Shown here in pieces: positions 37,927 through 56,418 of a DNA stretch of 64,000 nucleotides. The stretch is from Eledone cirrhosa. Taxonomy: Eukaryota. Each line of letters starts with the position of its first letter. Position 1 is the stretch's first letter. The notes below the pieces were generated by a model. The model did no database searches. It was not told where the DNA came from and saw nothing but the letters and a program-made list of their open reading frames with translations. A program made the position numbers and the translations under genes. Location of the stretch: the NCBI GenBank assembly GCA_964016885.1, contig OZ024740.1:172422001-172486000 (forward strand), given 5' to 3'.

Positions 37927-40900
37927 TATTGTTATGCTTTGGGAGGGTCATGTTGCCAATAAGAAACACACCCACCAGTTGTTTTGACTCCAATTTATTA
38001 TAAATTAAATTTATAAATTTAAGAATTTATAAATTTCCGGCTGGTTGGTTGGTTCCACAACCAGACGATTGTTCATATATTGTCAAAGTTCTTTCGTCCC
38101 ACATTCTGTGACCTCTTCATTGACTGGGGATTCTTTTCTTTGTTTCTGTGCCTCTCCTTTGTTCTGTCCTACGCCATCTTGTTTTTGTGTGTGTTGTGTG
38201 CTTAGTTTGCGCATGTGTTACATCCGGGTGTCTGTGTGTGTTTATATTTGTTTATTTATTTGTTTATTTACATTTTACTGGTTGGTTGTTTGTTCTATGT
38301 GTGCGTGTGTTTTTATTTTGTCCTTAATTGTAAGTTGTGATGTTGCTATTCCATTCATGTTTTCTATTTAATTTTGGTTGGAGTTCATTTATGTTTATTG
38401 CCTCTGTGATTTGTCTAAACATTGCGTCTTTTCTGTGTCTAGATTCTATTTTTATTTCTATGTTCTCTAATTTACCCTTATGTTCTATTTTAGCATGTTG
38501 GTAGAGTACAGATGATTGTTTACTATCTTGAAGCTCTCGCCAGTGTTCATTTATCCGTTCTCCTATACTACGAGCTGTCTCATCTATGTACACTATATTC
38601 TTATCTCTACATTGTCCTTCAGTACATCTTATGCTATATACTACATTTCTAGTTTTACAGTTAATATGGGGGCTTAGTTTACAGATTATACATTTCTTAT
38701 CTATACAGGTAGGTCTTTGAAAGGGTATGTATTGCTAATAAGTGTTTTTATGGAGGTACCTGGTCTTTCTACTATCTTAATATTGAGTTTATGTTTATCT
38801 AGGCCCCTTCTAAATTTGTAAGCTAATTCAACACGGCCAGTCTGTGGAGCTAACATTGCTAGTAACTACAGACTTTCCTACTTACTCTCCCTGACCATAC
38901 GCCCCATCATTGAAATGTCCCCAGATATATGTGACAGCACGGAGGACCTCCTCAGCAGAATCAGCGAAAGTAACCGATCTAGGGACCTAACAAACTGTAT
39001 AATAGGAAGTATGGATGTTGTGTCCCTATATCCATCCATTGACGTGGATTTTGCTGTGGAGAAATGCGATCAGGGAGAGGAAGTAAGAAAGTCTGTAGTT
39101 AATAGCAATGTTAGCTACACAGACTGGCCGTGTTGAATTTGCTTACAAATTTAGAAGGGCCCTAGATAAACATAAACTCAATATTAAGATAGAAAGACCA
39201 TGTACCTCCATAAAAACACTTATTAGCAATACATACCCTTTTCAAAGAGCTCCTGTATAGATAAGAAATGTATAATCTGTAAACTAAGCCCCCATATTAA
39301 CTGTAAAACTAGAAATGTAGTATATAGCATAAGATGTACCGAAGGACAATGTAGAGATAAGAATATAGTATACATAGGTGAGACAGCTCGTAGTAGTATA
39401 GGAAAACGGATAAATGAACACTGGCGAGAGCTTCAAGATAGTAAAGAATCATCTGTACTCCACCAACATGCTAAAAGAGAACATAAGGTTAAATTAGAGA
39501 ACATAGAAATAAAAGTAGAATCTAGACACAGAAATGACGCAATGTTTAGACAAATCACAGAGGCAATAAACATAAATTAACTCCAACCAAAATTAAATAG
39601 AAAACATGAATGGAATAGCAACATCACAACTTACAATTAAGGACAAAATGAAAACACACACACACATAGAAAAACCAACCAACCTGTAACATGTAAATAA
39701 ACAAATAAATAAACAAATATAAACACACACAGACACCCGGATGTAACACATGCGCAAACTAAGCATACAACACACACAAAAACAAGATGGCGTAGGACAG
39801 AACAAAGGAGAGGCACAGAAACAAAGAAAAGAATCCCCAGTCGCTGAAGAGGTCACAGAATGTGTGACGAAAAACTTTGACAATATATGAACAATCGTTT
39901 GTTGTTGAACCAACCAACCAACCGGAAATTTATAAATTTATGAATTTAATTTATAATAAATTGGAGTGAAAGCAACATAACCCTCCCAAAGCATAACAAT
40001 ATCGGTTTCGACACACGTTTTTAGATAAATAATCTTGCTAAACAAATTCAGAAACGAAATATCGTAAGCCTTAGCCAGGCTAACAAGATACTGAAAACCA
40101 CCATGTTCTGTTGTCTACGAAAAACAATAACATCTCGACAACTACACTTCATAAAAGAATGTGCCTCATCCCGAATTTACACCAACACCATCAACACCGA
40201 TGTAAAAAGATTGCAACTTACCAAAAAGCAAGTAGATAGGCTAAAACGAACACTAATTCTCAACATAAAAAAGAAGATTTACAGAGAATTAAGTCATCAA
40301 GAAAAGCATAAGCGTAACCTAATACAAGAATAACTAAGATCACCACACCAAGAGAAAAATTAATATTTATAAACCTCATATGTCTTGAAGAAAAGTACAT
40401 TGTTCAAGAATGTGACAAGCACTTTAACAAGAAACTAAGGTGGCTCAAACAGATGAAACTAGACCAAGAAATTTAGAGAATATCAATAAATATCCTGACA
40501 AGATTGTCGGGATAAACATGGCCGACATCTCATTAACAGATGAATTCAACAACAACAACACAAATATATACGGCAACACTACAGTCGACTCTGATGAATT
40601 ATCGATATTACAGCTACCACCTAAATATGCCACATATAATAAGGTAAATATGATAAAATGCTTGTCAGAAATAGAAAAATCATTTACAAAATTACGTTGG
40701 AGCTTCAAAAACAAAAACAAAAACAAAAGTAACAATAATAACAACATACGGACACACATACACACATACAACACACATCCCAACAACAACAGACACACAG
40801 ACACAAACAACGATAACAACAACACACACATCAACAATAATAACATACTCAGAAACAACAACAGACACAGAGACACAAACAACAATAAAAACACAACAAT

Positions 40901-43900
40901 AATAACATACACGGAGACAACAACAACAACAACACACATCAACAACAACACACACACACACATCCTATGCCTCTTACCACCACCACAATCTTAACAAACA
41001 CACAGACACAGAAAATGGGTAATGACAGTAACACAGAAGTAAGGGAAGGTAATGGGATTGAAAGGAGAAGGGAGACTATCGATACTGACAGAGAAAATAA
41101 CCAGGACAAACACACAGACACACAAAATAGAGTAGATAATAACAATGAGCCAGAGGAAAGAGACAGGAGTAATAATGAGAGACATAGAAACAACTTTGAG
41201 GCTGTTGGTGGAAATAGAAATAGAAACAACACAACTAACAGTAACAATAGCACATAAAGCAGCAGCCTGGAACTCTACTTTTTATAATCCTTCCGATATG
41301 TCCTTCGACCTACGACCAGTCCACGCCACGACTTTAGCTTTTAACAAACGCACGCAATTGCCGTCGCAGGACGATGAACAAACAGAAGCACAATTTAGTA
41401 TAGCTAGATCTAAACTTAGAAATATTATAGAACAGTATAGCAAGAAGAAAAATAGAATGGAAGCCCAGCAACTGGGAGAAAAATCTGCAAATGGCTTGCG
41501 TAAGCTCATGCAGCGCTCACGTAATGGAGGGATTGCATGCTTTCCAACAGACAAGTCTGACAGAATGTCGGTTGACAGTCTGTCAAACTACATCCAGGCC
41601 ATGCAACCCCACATCACTAACACAAGAGAAGTAACACCACAAGAGCATGAGCATAGGGAGAAATCCCTCAATGCCCATATGATGATGTGGACAAACATAA
41701 CGCAGCCCAACAAAAGGACTGCCAACAACTTCCAGGCCTGGAACAATGACGTGCCAGCGTTGTATGGGCTTCGAAAAGACCATAAAACGAGCAGTGACCC
41801 TGTCACAGGAGCACCACCACAGCTAGCCTGTGGAGCTAACATTGCTAGTAACTACAGACTTTCCTACTTCCTCTCCCTGATCATACGCCCCATCATTGAA
41901 ATGTCCCCAGATATATGTGACAGCACGGAGGACCTCCTCAGCAGAATCAGCGAAAATAACCGATCTAGGGACCTAACAAACTGTATAATAGGAAGTATGG
42001 ATGTTGTGTCCCTATATCCATCTATTGACGTGGATTTTGCTGTGGAGAAATGCGTAGAAATGAACAGTGAGAGCAATGTTGAATTCCGTGGGATTGATAC
42101 CAGTGAGCTGGAACTCCTACTTAAACTTACCTATAGTAATGATTATCTAGATACATATGACCTTAGAAACCTGTGCCCTACAAGACCAGCAAGCGGTAGA
42201 CCACCTACCATTACCTCAATGGCCAAGAAAACCCACACAGATAGATGGAACGGGTGGACCAGAGCCATACGGATCCCCGAAAACCACGAACTAAAGAAAA
42301 TGATTGCACTTGCGGTGGGGGCCAGTATAAAACTAACACTTAAGGAACATATGTTCAAATTTAATGGAAAAACTTATGCCCAAGAGGAGGGAGCAGCATT
42401 TGGTGTTAGCATTGCAGGCGACATAGCTAACTTATTCATGGTATGGTGGGACAGTAGACTTAAACTTAAACTTAAAGAACAATTAGAAGACAGCAACCCC
42501 TTAACCCTGATAATGTACTCCCGCTACGTTGATGATATAAACATCGTAGTTAAGACACCCCCACTAGAGAACAGTCAGGAATTAGAGAAAAACACAATGG
42601 AAAGTATCCAGTAAATAGCTAACTTCATCCACCAGAGTATTAGAGTTAGCATAGACTACCCAAGCAAACACCCCAACCATCGATTACCTGTACTAGACAC
42701 AGAGTTCTGGTTAGAAACCATTAATAACAAAAAAAAAATCCTCCATTCCCATTATGCCAAACCCATGACTTCTAAATATCTGATCCACCGAAACTCAGCT
42801 GTTTCGGACCACACCAAAATCAACATACTGATTGCGGATTTGGTGCGGGTGATGAGAAAAGTGTCCCGCATGTGCGACACCAAAGAACTAGAGAGACACA
42901 TACAACACTTCATCCACCGTATGCAGTTCTCTGGTTACAATCAGAGAGATAAAATCAGAGTATATAGAGGAGCCAGAACCAAATTGGGAAAAAATGGTAA
43001 ATAATGATACAAATGGGACCTGCCCCTTGTATAGGAGCAAATTTTGGAATAGAATAGAAAGAATTAGGAATAAGGTTAATAGAATAAACTCAAGGTATGA
43101 TAGCAATAAATACCAGAGTGTAATGTTCATCAATACAACCCCTAGAGGTGAATTAGCTTACAAATTTAGAAGGGGCCTAGATAAACATAAACTCAATATT
43201 AAGATAGTAGAAAGACCAGGTACCTCCATAAAAACACTTATTAGCAATACATACCCTTTCAAAGACCTACCTGTATAGATAAGAAATGTATAATCTGTAA
43301 ACTAAGCCCCCATATTAACTGTAAAACTAGAAATGTAGTATATAGCATAAGATGTACTGAAGGACAATGTAGAGATAAGAATATAGTGTACATAGGTGAG
43401 ACAGCTCGTAGTATAGGAGAACGGATAAATGAACACTGGCGAGGGCTTCAAGATAGTAAACAATCATCTGTACTCCACCAACATGTTAAAATAGAACATA
43501 AGGGTAAATTAGAGAACATAGAAATAAAAATAGAATCTACACAGAAAAGACGCAATGTTTAGTCAAATCACAGAGGCAATAAACATAAATGAACTCCAAC
43601 CAAAATTAAATAGCAAACATGAATGGAATAGCAACATCACAACTTACACTTAAGGACCAACTGAAAACACACACACACATAGAACAAACAACCAACCAGT
43701 AACATGTAAATAAACAAATAAATAAACAAATATAAACACACACAGACACCCGGATGTAACACATGCGCAAACTAAACACACAACACACACAAAAACAAGA
43801 TGGCGTAGGACAGAACAAAGGGAGAGGCACAAAAACAAAGAAAAGAATCCCCAGTCACTGAAGAGGTCACAGAATGTGTGACGAAAGAACTTTGGCAATA

Positions 43901-44113
43901 TATGAACTATCGTCTGATTGTGGAACCAACCAACTAACCAACCGAAAATTTATAAATTCTTAAATTTATAAATTTAATTTATAATAAATTGGAGTGATAG
44001 CGACTGGTGCGTGTGTTTCTTATTGGCAACATGACCCTCCCAAAGCATAACAATATCGGTTTCAACACAGGTTTTCAGATAAAGAATCTTGTTAAACAAA
44101 TTCAAAAACGAAA
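37927..44113 (+). mobile_element. Family A PLE: near full-length copy with partial tandem and inverted 5' duplication (tentatively Naiad-like)
   Basis: Disrupted ORF from about 39977 to 43650: N-terminus, RT, CxxxxCxxC linker, VVY..C...C..YIGET GIY-YIG, LNSKHEWN; pLTR with HHR at 39840-39882, 43854-43896 and inverted 38083-38125; (TA)n on both sides. Confidence 0.92.
41145..42614 (+). CDS. PLE reverse transcriptase (disrupted; continues after the TAA at 42612)
   Basis: PTDKSDRM, LYGLRKDHK, GSMDVVSLYPSID, FKFNGKTYAQEEG, IANLFM, RYVDDI. Confidence 0.9.
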   Translation: MSQRKETGVIMRDIETTLRLLVEIEIETTQLTVTIAHKAAAWNSTFYNPSDMSFDLRPVHATTLAFNKRTQLPSQDDEQTEAQFSIARSKLRNIIEQYSKKKNRMEAQQLGEKSANGLRKLMQRSRNGGIACFPTDKSDRMSVDSLSNYIQAMQPHITNTREVTPQEHEHREKSLNAHMMMWTNITQPNKRTANNFQAWNNDVPALYGLRKDHKTSSDPVTGAPPQLACGANIASNYRLSYFLSLIIRPIIEMSPDICDSTEDLLSRISENNRSRDLTNCIIGSMDVVSLYPSIDVDFAVEKCVEMNSESNVEFRGIDTSELELLLKLTYSNDYLDTYDLRNLCPTRPASGRPPTITSMAKKTHTDRWNGWTRAIRIPENHELKKMIALAVGASIKLTLKEHMFKFNGKTYAQEEGAAFGVSIAGDIANLFMVWWDSRLKLKLKEQLEDSNPLTLIMYSRYVDDINIVVKTPPLENSQELEKNTMESIQ

Positions 44114-44128
44114 TATATATATATATAT

Positions 44129-44301
44129 GTGAATTTTACTAATACATCGAAATATATATATATAGGTGAATTTTACTAATACATCGAAACCGGTTATACT
44201 TTATATACTTTATATACATTATAAAACTCCTTTTTAAAAGAATTGTTCCTCTCATTTTTTCTCTATAACCACTGTTATGTATAGAACCTTACTTCCCTTT
44301 T

Positions 44302-44341
<40 letters not shown>

Positions 44342-44475
44342 AAAAGGGAAGTAAGGTTCTATAAAGAAAAAATGAGAGGAACAATTCTTTTAAAAAGGAG
44401 TTTTATAATGTATATAAAGTATATAAAGTATAACCGGTTTCGATGTATTAGTAAAATTCACCTTATCAAATGTTG
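44129..44475. mobile_element. Two opposed copies of a short hammerhead element sharing a (TA)n tract
   Basis: Inverted repeat 44164-44305 / 44338-44462; minus HHR TTGATAA(44463-69) ggtg..catc GAAA ccgg TT atac. Confidence 0.7.
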
Positions 44476-44662
44476 AGTATAGAGAGAGAGGTGTAGTCAT
44501 AACGTAGCAGTGTGTTTTTTCACATAGAAAACAATTGTTTTTAGGGACAAAGGAAGTATTCTGTAAATATGTGTGTGCATCTCATTTGTGTTAATGGACT
44601 GATCAAGAGTTCAGATGGGGGTGGCGAGGGGGAAATTGTAAGCTATAGAACATATATATATA

Positions 44663-47526
<2,864 letters not shown>

Positions 47527-48065
47527 GTATATATATATATAAACTCCAATTGCATTTTCAACCTCTTTTTCATATACATATATAGATAGATGTGTGAATA
47601 TGATAATTTGGTGTTGGGAATTTCCTTCAGTTTTCTGCAAACCTATGACTCAGATTGTTATATGTTTGAAGTACAATTTGATCGGTTGAGAAGATCACAT
47701 GATTAGGCATCGAATGTTGTGATAATTTCGCGCCGAAACACGTGATTGTCTTGGTTCTCTCAGTTTTATGCAGAAAGATAGTTCAAATTGATATATCTTT
47801 AAAATAAAATTTGAATAGGGACTGTAACAATTCAAAATAATATATAATTCTGTTTTACGTATGTTCAGTAGTAAAAGGAAGTTGGATTTGTCTTGATAGC
47901 AATCCCCAAAATTCAAACGTACGGGAGTTTTGTTTATGTATACGTGCGTTTGTTTGTTTGTTTTTGTCTGTGTGTGTGTGTGTGTGGTGTGTGTCCGTAT
48001 GTCTGTGTGTGTCTGTGTGTGTCTATGTGTGTGTGTGTGTGTGTGCGTACATGTGTGTGTGTGCG

Positions 48066-48099
<34 letters not shown>

Positions 48100-48214
48100 C
48101 GCGCACGTTGGGTTGTTATTGTTCAGTAAGTAGCCGGGTGCACAGATATATTTTCTTTTATTTATTCGTGTGTGGTCTCTGTCATTCTTGTTTTTGACAA
48201 TTCACCGCCAACAA

Positions 48215-48612
48215 TTTTCAGAGGATCATTTACAAAAAACATTATTTAACCATGATTGTGCAATGGGACACATATGGTTGTGACTGAACTACATCATCAC
48301 ATTATTGAAGCCCAAATCCTCACTGGATGTGGTAAGGGAGACATCGCATTTATACATAAAATGCCGCTAATACCAACAGATGTCCTCTTTCATTTCAAAT
48401 TATTGCAATTCCCAGTGAGAGTCAGTTATGCAATGACCATTAAAAGGTCCCAAGGTCAAACCCTGCAGGTTGGCGGTCTCCATCTAGAAGAGGGCTGTTT
48501 CTCACATGGTCAATTGTACGTAGCTTATTCCAGGCTAGGAAGACCCCACAATTTCTTCATATATGCTCCAAAGAAAAAGGTATAAAAACATTGTATATAC
48601 TGAAGTTCTGTA
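48215..48612 (+). pseudogene. Helitron RepHel (PIF1 helicase) C-terminal fragment
   Basis: LCNGT..ILTG..PLIP..QFPVRVSYAMTI..SQGQTL..FSHGQLYVA.SR..KNIVYTEVL. Confidence 0.85.
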
Positions 48613-49049
48613 AATGCTTTATAATTCTTGAGAATACATTTTTCTATTATTTTCATTATTACTCTCTGTACTTAGATATTCTAAATAAATTTTAAAACTT
48701 ATATTATGCAATAATTAAATACCTTTTAATAAACGAAATACTAAAGATACCTCTACATTGTTGGCCAAACTGTTAGAAAAAGCAGCTAAATATCCTCATA
48801 AACATACCGTGCCGTCTTAAAAAAAAGATAATACATCAGATAATGTGGTACTAGATACTTCTAAAATGCAGGATCGCCACATTTAAATGCCAAAGAACGT
48901 AAGACTGCTCGCACTACTAGGGCTAAACAACAATAAAAGCAAAAACAGGAACAGGTGTAGTATCAACAGCAGCAGCAATCAAAGAATAGGAAATATACAT
49001 TAAAGAAGAAAAGGTGAGATTAATAGTCTGGAAAGACAACAATGCACAT

Positions 49050-49310
49050 CCAATCAAACAGTCATCTCACCAAACAACCACCCAGCCAGCCTGCCGTTCA
49101 CCTAATCAGCCAACTAGCCAGTCACTCAACCAAACTCCCAGTCAGCCAGCCAATGACCTTACTAACCAACCATCCAGCCAAACAAACAGTCATTCAACCA
49201 ACCAGCCAGCCAACTAACTGGCCAACCAGCCAACTTGCTATCCAAACATCCAACTAGTCAACAAGCCAATCCGCCAGCCAGCAAACCAGCCAACCAGCCA
49301 ACTAGCAAAC
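49050..49310. repeat. Degenerate (CCAG/CCAA)n low-complexity repeat
   Basis: Direct reading. Confidence 0.85.
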
Positions 49311-49961
49311 TACATTTTCCTCAATTACTCACACCACCTACACGAGTTCTCCAGAAACTGTGTGTATGGGAGGGGGAACGGAGTGGGGAATGACATTTTA
49401 TCTAATCGAGAAGTCGTTATTAGCCATTTGTTTCCATCAGATTATGTGACCAGTTGTAAAAGCTAGTAAAATGACTAATGCCTTATATATTGTTACGTCA
49501 TGAGTGTTTCGGAATTGTTTAATGAATGATCTGTGAAGTTATACAATTCGCGCCTCGAAATGTCTCATTCTTAAATACTATTTCTTTCTGCTTTCCTGGG
49601 TAAATGGAAACTACAATAACAATTTAAATACAATAACAATGTAACAAATAAATACCAAACACCCGAAATTAAAAAAACAAATACATCCCTTCTCTTTTTC
49701 TTTCTTTGTCTTACATCACTCACCCCATCTCAATAAAGAAATGGATATGTATGTATGTGTAGTATGTATGCATGTATATATGTATGTATGTGTAGTATGT
49801 ATGTATATATATATGTGTACAAGAATACATTATTTATATAATGATTCTGAGGACTCATAAATACAACACATAATTTGTTGTCTAAAAGGAGTTACAAAAT
49901 ACGTGGGATATATATATGTATACACACACACACACACACACACGCACGCACACACACAGAC

Positions 49962-50078
<117 letters not shown>

Positions 50079-50479
50079 ATGGACGAGGTAGTGCAAAATG
50101 ATATTTCCACCAGTCTCTACACCCCTCGTCGCCGTGGGATAAGGTGGCATTACTGCGCTAGATGAGTAGATTATGTGCCTCTCAGACCAATGCACTACAA
50201 TTTTTAGCCTACAAGCATGTTATCTCTTCTCTCTGCCTTTTGTGTTACTGTTACAATTGTCTCTGTTCCACAAACTAAAATAAAACAGTGAATTGGCAGT
50301 CATTAGAGCAGAGAACAAAAATGTTTTGTGTTCTTTGTTTGGTCTCTCTCAATTTTGAGTTCAAATCCTGCTCCCCACCACTACCACCACTACCACCACC
50401 ATCACCACCATTACGTTCATCACCACCATCACCACCACTATCACCACCACCACCACCTCCTTCATACACCACAACGGTT

Positions 50480-51190
50480 AACGATATGCCCTAAAGCTCG
50501 TTGTCCAAATAAGGTCATGTATTTTACTTCTGGTCTGGCTATGTTCGGAACTGCGATCGATGATATTCCGGAAATAACGGTAGCTGCAGTCACGGAATTC
50601 CCTTCTGTGACTTGCTCTTGTTGGTGCTCCTACAGATGCAATATTTTTTCCCCTTTCCTACTAGACATAAGACCCTCAAGTGGCTTTTACTACCACATAT
50701 GTAGCAACTGGTCCTTCTGCTATGCATCACCAGTCAGATTTACCTTCTGTCCTTTCCTTCAATGGACCACAGTACTGAGATAGTCTCGCAGTAATCGGAG
50801 ATCACGAGGGCCGTGGTGTTTATGCAGACTCTTCTGGACCATATGCTACGTGTCACCTCCGTGCTCACTATCTATCCTTATCTTTCTCCAAGAGTCGTGA
50901 CAAGCCGAGTATCAACATCTCTGCCAATATCTCAGATATAGATTTTCGTATTTTTACAACATATGTACTGTAGACCAGATGTGAGGGACGAGGGCTACCA
51001 GTCTCTTTGCACGATTTGTGTCTTAAATACCACATACACGCTTCCATATGTCCTGCTGGCTATGGTCGGAGAGGGGTTTCTTCGACTTTTCAGTCAACTC
51101 TTGGAAACTCGGATGAGGTGATTTCGTTTGAAAGTTGCGGAGCCGCGTCTGGTGGTGCCATAGAAACGACAGCATCCGTAGCCTGTTATT
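50480..51190 (-). pseudogene. Retroelement ORF1/gag remnant with CCHC zinc knuckle
   Basis: Minus 50706-50665 encodes CYICGSKSHLRVLC (CX2CX4HX4C). Confidence 0.55.
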
Positions 51191-51389
51191 GCTGATGCTG
51201 TCTTTTTTTTTCTTTTAACTTCTCTAACTCTTCGGCTCTTAAACAAGAAAGAGGGAAGAGATGAGAGTGGAGGAGCGCAGAATGAAGTGAGAGAGAAAAT
51301 TGAGCAAATAGAAAGAGAAAAGAAAGAAGACAAAGGTGGCAGTTAAAGGTTACATACTGGTAGATTATTTGTCACGAGATCGATTATTA

Positions 51390-51610
51390 TATAATGATTT
51401 CTACTTGAAGCACAACGTCAGTAATTCTGATGGATGGGAATGTCGTTTAAATTGGCCTCATTGCCTGACTGGTACTTTATTTTATCAACCTCGGAAATTT
51501 GAAAGGCAAAGTTAATCCCGATGGGATTTGAACTAAGAACGTAAAAAGCCGTAATGAAATACTACGAAGTATTTTGTCCAGTGCTCTAACGATTCTGCCA
51601 TTCCACCATT
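51390..51610 (-). mobile_element. tRNA-derived SINE
   Basis: ACTGGTACTTTATTTTATCAACC..GAAAGGCAAAGTTAATCCCGATGGGATTTGAACT..CTAACGATTCTGCCA. Confidence 0.8.
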
Positions 51611-52799
51611 TTCAGATTTATAAATATATGAAAACAACTGACTGGTCTACTCTTAGCCATATTGGACTGACACTTCAACCATTTAACCACCCACACATCA
51701 AACGCATGAAAAGTTTATTAGAACAAAGGATACACATACAAACAAACATACACACAGACACATACAAACTCCTTTTCATGTTGTGTAATAAAGTTGCCTT
51801 AAATGTATTAGCAGGGAATCTATTTAGTTTACGCTATACTCTCTATTACTTGATCATTATCGGTGTTTATCGTAGTGGAAATGTGCGAATTCTCTCCCTA
51901 CACACTTTTTTCCTCAAACCTGATTGGTTGATATTAATTCGTGTAGTCACTTAATTAAGTCTTTTTTTCTATTCTTTGCTCTTGTTTTAGTTTATATATT
52001 TGTATTTTTGTTTATTTCCATCCAATTTTTTTTAAATTATTTTTGTTGCACATATCTAAGTGGAGAACTAATCTAAGAGGAGAACTTACAAAGATAAAAT
52101 TACGTAAAACGGAAGAGAAAGAGAAAGAGTAAGTGGGTGAAAGAGTTGGAAAGAGAGAAGGGGAAAAAAGATAATGAAGGAGTAAAGTGAGAGAGAAATA
52201 AAGTGAGAGAGAAATTTAAGGAAAGAGAAGTAAAGAAAAACATAAAGGTGGCAATTAAAGGTTAAATACTGGTTAGATTATTTGTCACGAGATCGATAAA
52301 TAAATAATGACAACTGACTGGTTGACTGTTAGCCATAATCGAGTGTTCAACTATGTAACCTCCCACACATCAACCGGAAACTTTCCATGTTCACGTCACT
52401 TCCACGAAACATTTTTTTATTTGTTCGTAATTCATTTATTTTCTCGAAACGAAAATAATGGAAATTGGTGACATGATGTGTTTCATGGTAAGTAAATTAT
52501 CTATTGGTTTAATTTGTCAAATATAATTTTACATTTGGTAGAAAATACTAAACTACGCTCGATTGAGATAGTTAATACCTCACACTTGCAATACTTGCCT
52601 CATGTTCTTAAAAAACAAAACAAAATACATGTATGTATTTTATCTTGGTGAGTTCTAATCGAAATTAATTAAATACCTGGAATGGATGAAAACTAATAGA
52701 ACTAATGAGTGAAAATCACAAACCAATAGAATTATTATGTGATTGTTTCTAGTCGTAATCAAAGCCACGTATCTTTATTTCGACGGTGTATTATTGTAA

Positions 52800-53235
52800 T
52801 ATTGATTTCTAATTTAGTCACATGCTAGCAAAGTATTGGGAAGGGTTAAGTTGATTAAATCAACTCCAGTATTTCACTTGCACTTTATTTTATCAACCAC
52901 GGAAGGATGCAACGCAAAGTTGACCTTGATAGGATTTGAACTTAGAATGTAAAGAACCAGAACAAATATTGCATTGGTATTATATCCGATGCCCTACCAA
53001 TTCTCCCAATTAACCACCCTTAATGATTTCTAGTTTAGACACAAGGTGATCAATTTTTGGATATGGGAAAGCTGTTTATATCGACCTTAGTACTTTATTG
53101 GCACCTTATTTTATTAACCCTAGAAGAAGGGAAGGCAAATTTGACCGTGGCAGGATTTGAACTTAAAACGTAAAGGGCCATAATTAAATGCCACAAAGCA
53201 TTTTGTCCGACCATTCTGCCAATCCACCTCAATAT
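52800..53235 (-). mobile_element. Two tandem degraded tRNA-derived SINEs
   Basis: Two SINE cores (52880-52945 and 53100-53170). Confidence 0.75.
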
Positions 53236-54371
53236 TATTGTAATATTGACAACTTCAATCAGATAAGCAACATCACTTTGTTTTTTAAAGTAAATTATTT
53301 TGCAATTTGTGGTTGCTACATTAAGCAGATCCAGCCACAGAATGGAACAGATCTTCACAACTTCATAATCTTTCGACTCCTTTCATGGAATCCTTCATCG
53401 TTTATGGACCCTAGACTTGAAAAAAAATCCATAAATAAATAAATCAGCAAACAATATAAAATAAATAAAAACTAATAATATATGAATGAAAAACCTATGT
53501 AAATAAATTGTATTTTATTGTATTATTTTATGTACTTTCATTTCTTATACAAACTTCAGGTTTCAGCTTAAGATTCCAATCGACCCTCTGGGTAATACTA
53601 TCTTCCTTTCTCAGCCAATTATGACCACTTTGGGGACCGCAAACATAGAAGCTTCTTAGTTATTTGGAGTACAATCACGATATTTTCTTCCTAGAAGTAG
53701 CATTCGCACCGGTTGCCATCGAGACCTCTTGCGTACTTGGACCCCGTACACGAGCTCCTCCGCAAGATCGGGATGTCCGCGGCCCGTCTGAGAAAGGAGC
53801 ACCGCGAAGTTGGGTGATTGTTGCAGCGGGTGTCGCTGGTCATTGTCCGCGGGAATGGTTTTGCGGTCTTGTTCGTGGGGTGCAGCCTTCCTGCCTCCGT
53901 GCCCTACGCCCAAAACCCGATCTTTACTTACTAATGTGACACTTTAGTCCAGCGACCTATATATATGTGCATACATGTATGTGCATTGTATATATGTATA
54001 TATGTCTGCTTATGTATGTACTCATATGTATGTACGCTTATATATATATATATTATATATATAAATATATATATATAAGCGTACACATATACATATATAT
54101 ATATATATATATATACATAAGCAGACATATATACATATAATCAATACCAACACAAACACAGGCTCCACAATGCACACACATATATACACATATCTATAGG
54201 TCACTGGACTAAGGTGTCACATTAGTAAGTAAAGGTAAGCCGCTTCGATGTAACAGGAGTAAGAATTAGGGTAAATTTATTTATTTATCTTATTATTTTT
54301 ACAGCTCCGTTGGGTGCAGCTTCGGTATTCAATTGGTGGCGCCGAATTTACACTTGAAAATGTTTGTGACG

Positions 54372-54460
<89 letters not shown>

Positions 54461-54919
54461 GAAAAATATGGGGAGAAGAATACTGCATGGTTGCACATGG
54501 ATTACATGTTATAAAATGAGTCCTTCATCAGTGATTTGCCAACGATCATTGGTATTTCATCGCATTAAAAATCATATACCTCACGTTGGTGCGACAATAA
54601 CTAAAATAAGTTATTGGGACAATTGAAACGCGTAAAGCGAGTGAGACAAGTAAACAACACAGGGGAAAGCTAACCGAAGATGGAAAGAAACACAAGCAAC
54701 ATGGTTATTCTGTCAGTATAAGCTGGGTGAATACATGAGCGAGTAAGAAACAGACCTTTCGCTAGTGAATCCGATGTGAGAAAGAAGGAAAATCGGGTTC
54801 GTAGCGGACGGGAGGAAGTAAGAAGGGGAGAAACAGAGAGTGAGTGAGTGGAAGTGCGAGGATATATATATATATATATATACATATGAGAAAAACCACA
54901 GACCCTCCATCTCAACTCA

Positions 54920-54957
54920 CCTTTTGAAAAGCAGAAGAACTGCGAAACCGGTAAAGG
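54920..54957 (+). ncRNA. Minimal hammerhead, U3-A8 variant
   Basis: cctt TTGAAAA gcag-aagaa-ctgc GAAA ccgg TA aagg; all stems perfect. Confidence 0.8.
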
Positions 54958-55088
54958 AACCAAATAAATATATATATTTTTAAAAAAAATTTGACTCCAG
55001 TTGCATTTTCGATTTCATCTCTTTTTCTTTATACTTTCACTCGTGTAGGACACCTCGGTTATTTTTCATTTTGTAAAAAAACCCACAC

Positions 55089-56418
<1,330 letters not shown>

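Noticed and set aside
39977-43650. Selenocysteine-encoding PLE, as reported for some Naiad elements
   Set aside because: Conserved Cys codons in the linker and GIY-YIG are TGT; the stops seen are TAA/TAG or frameshift-related
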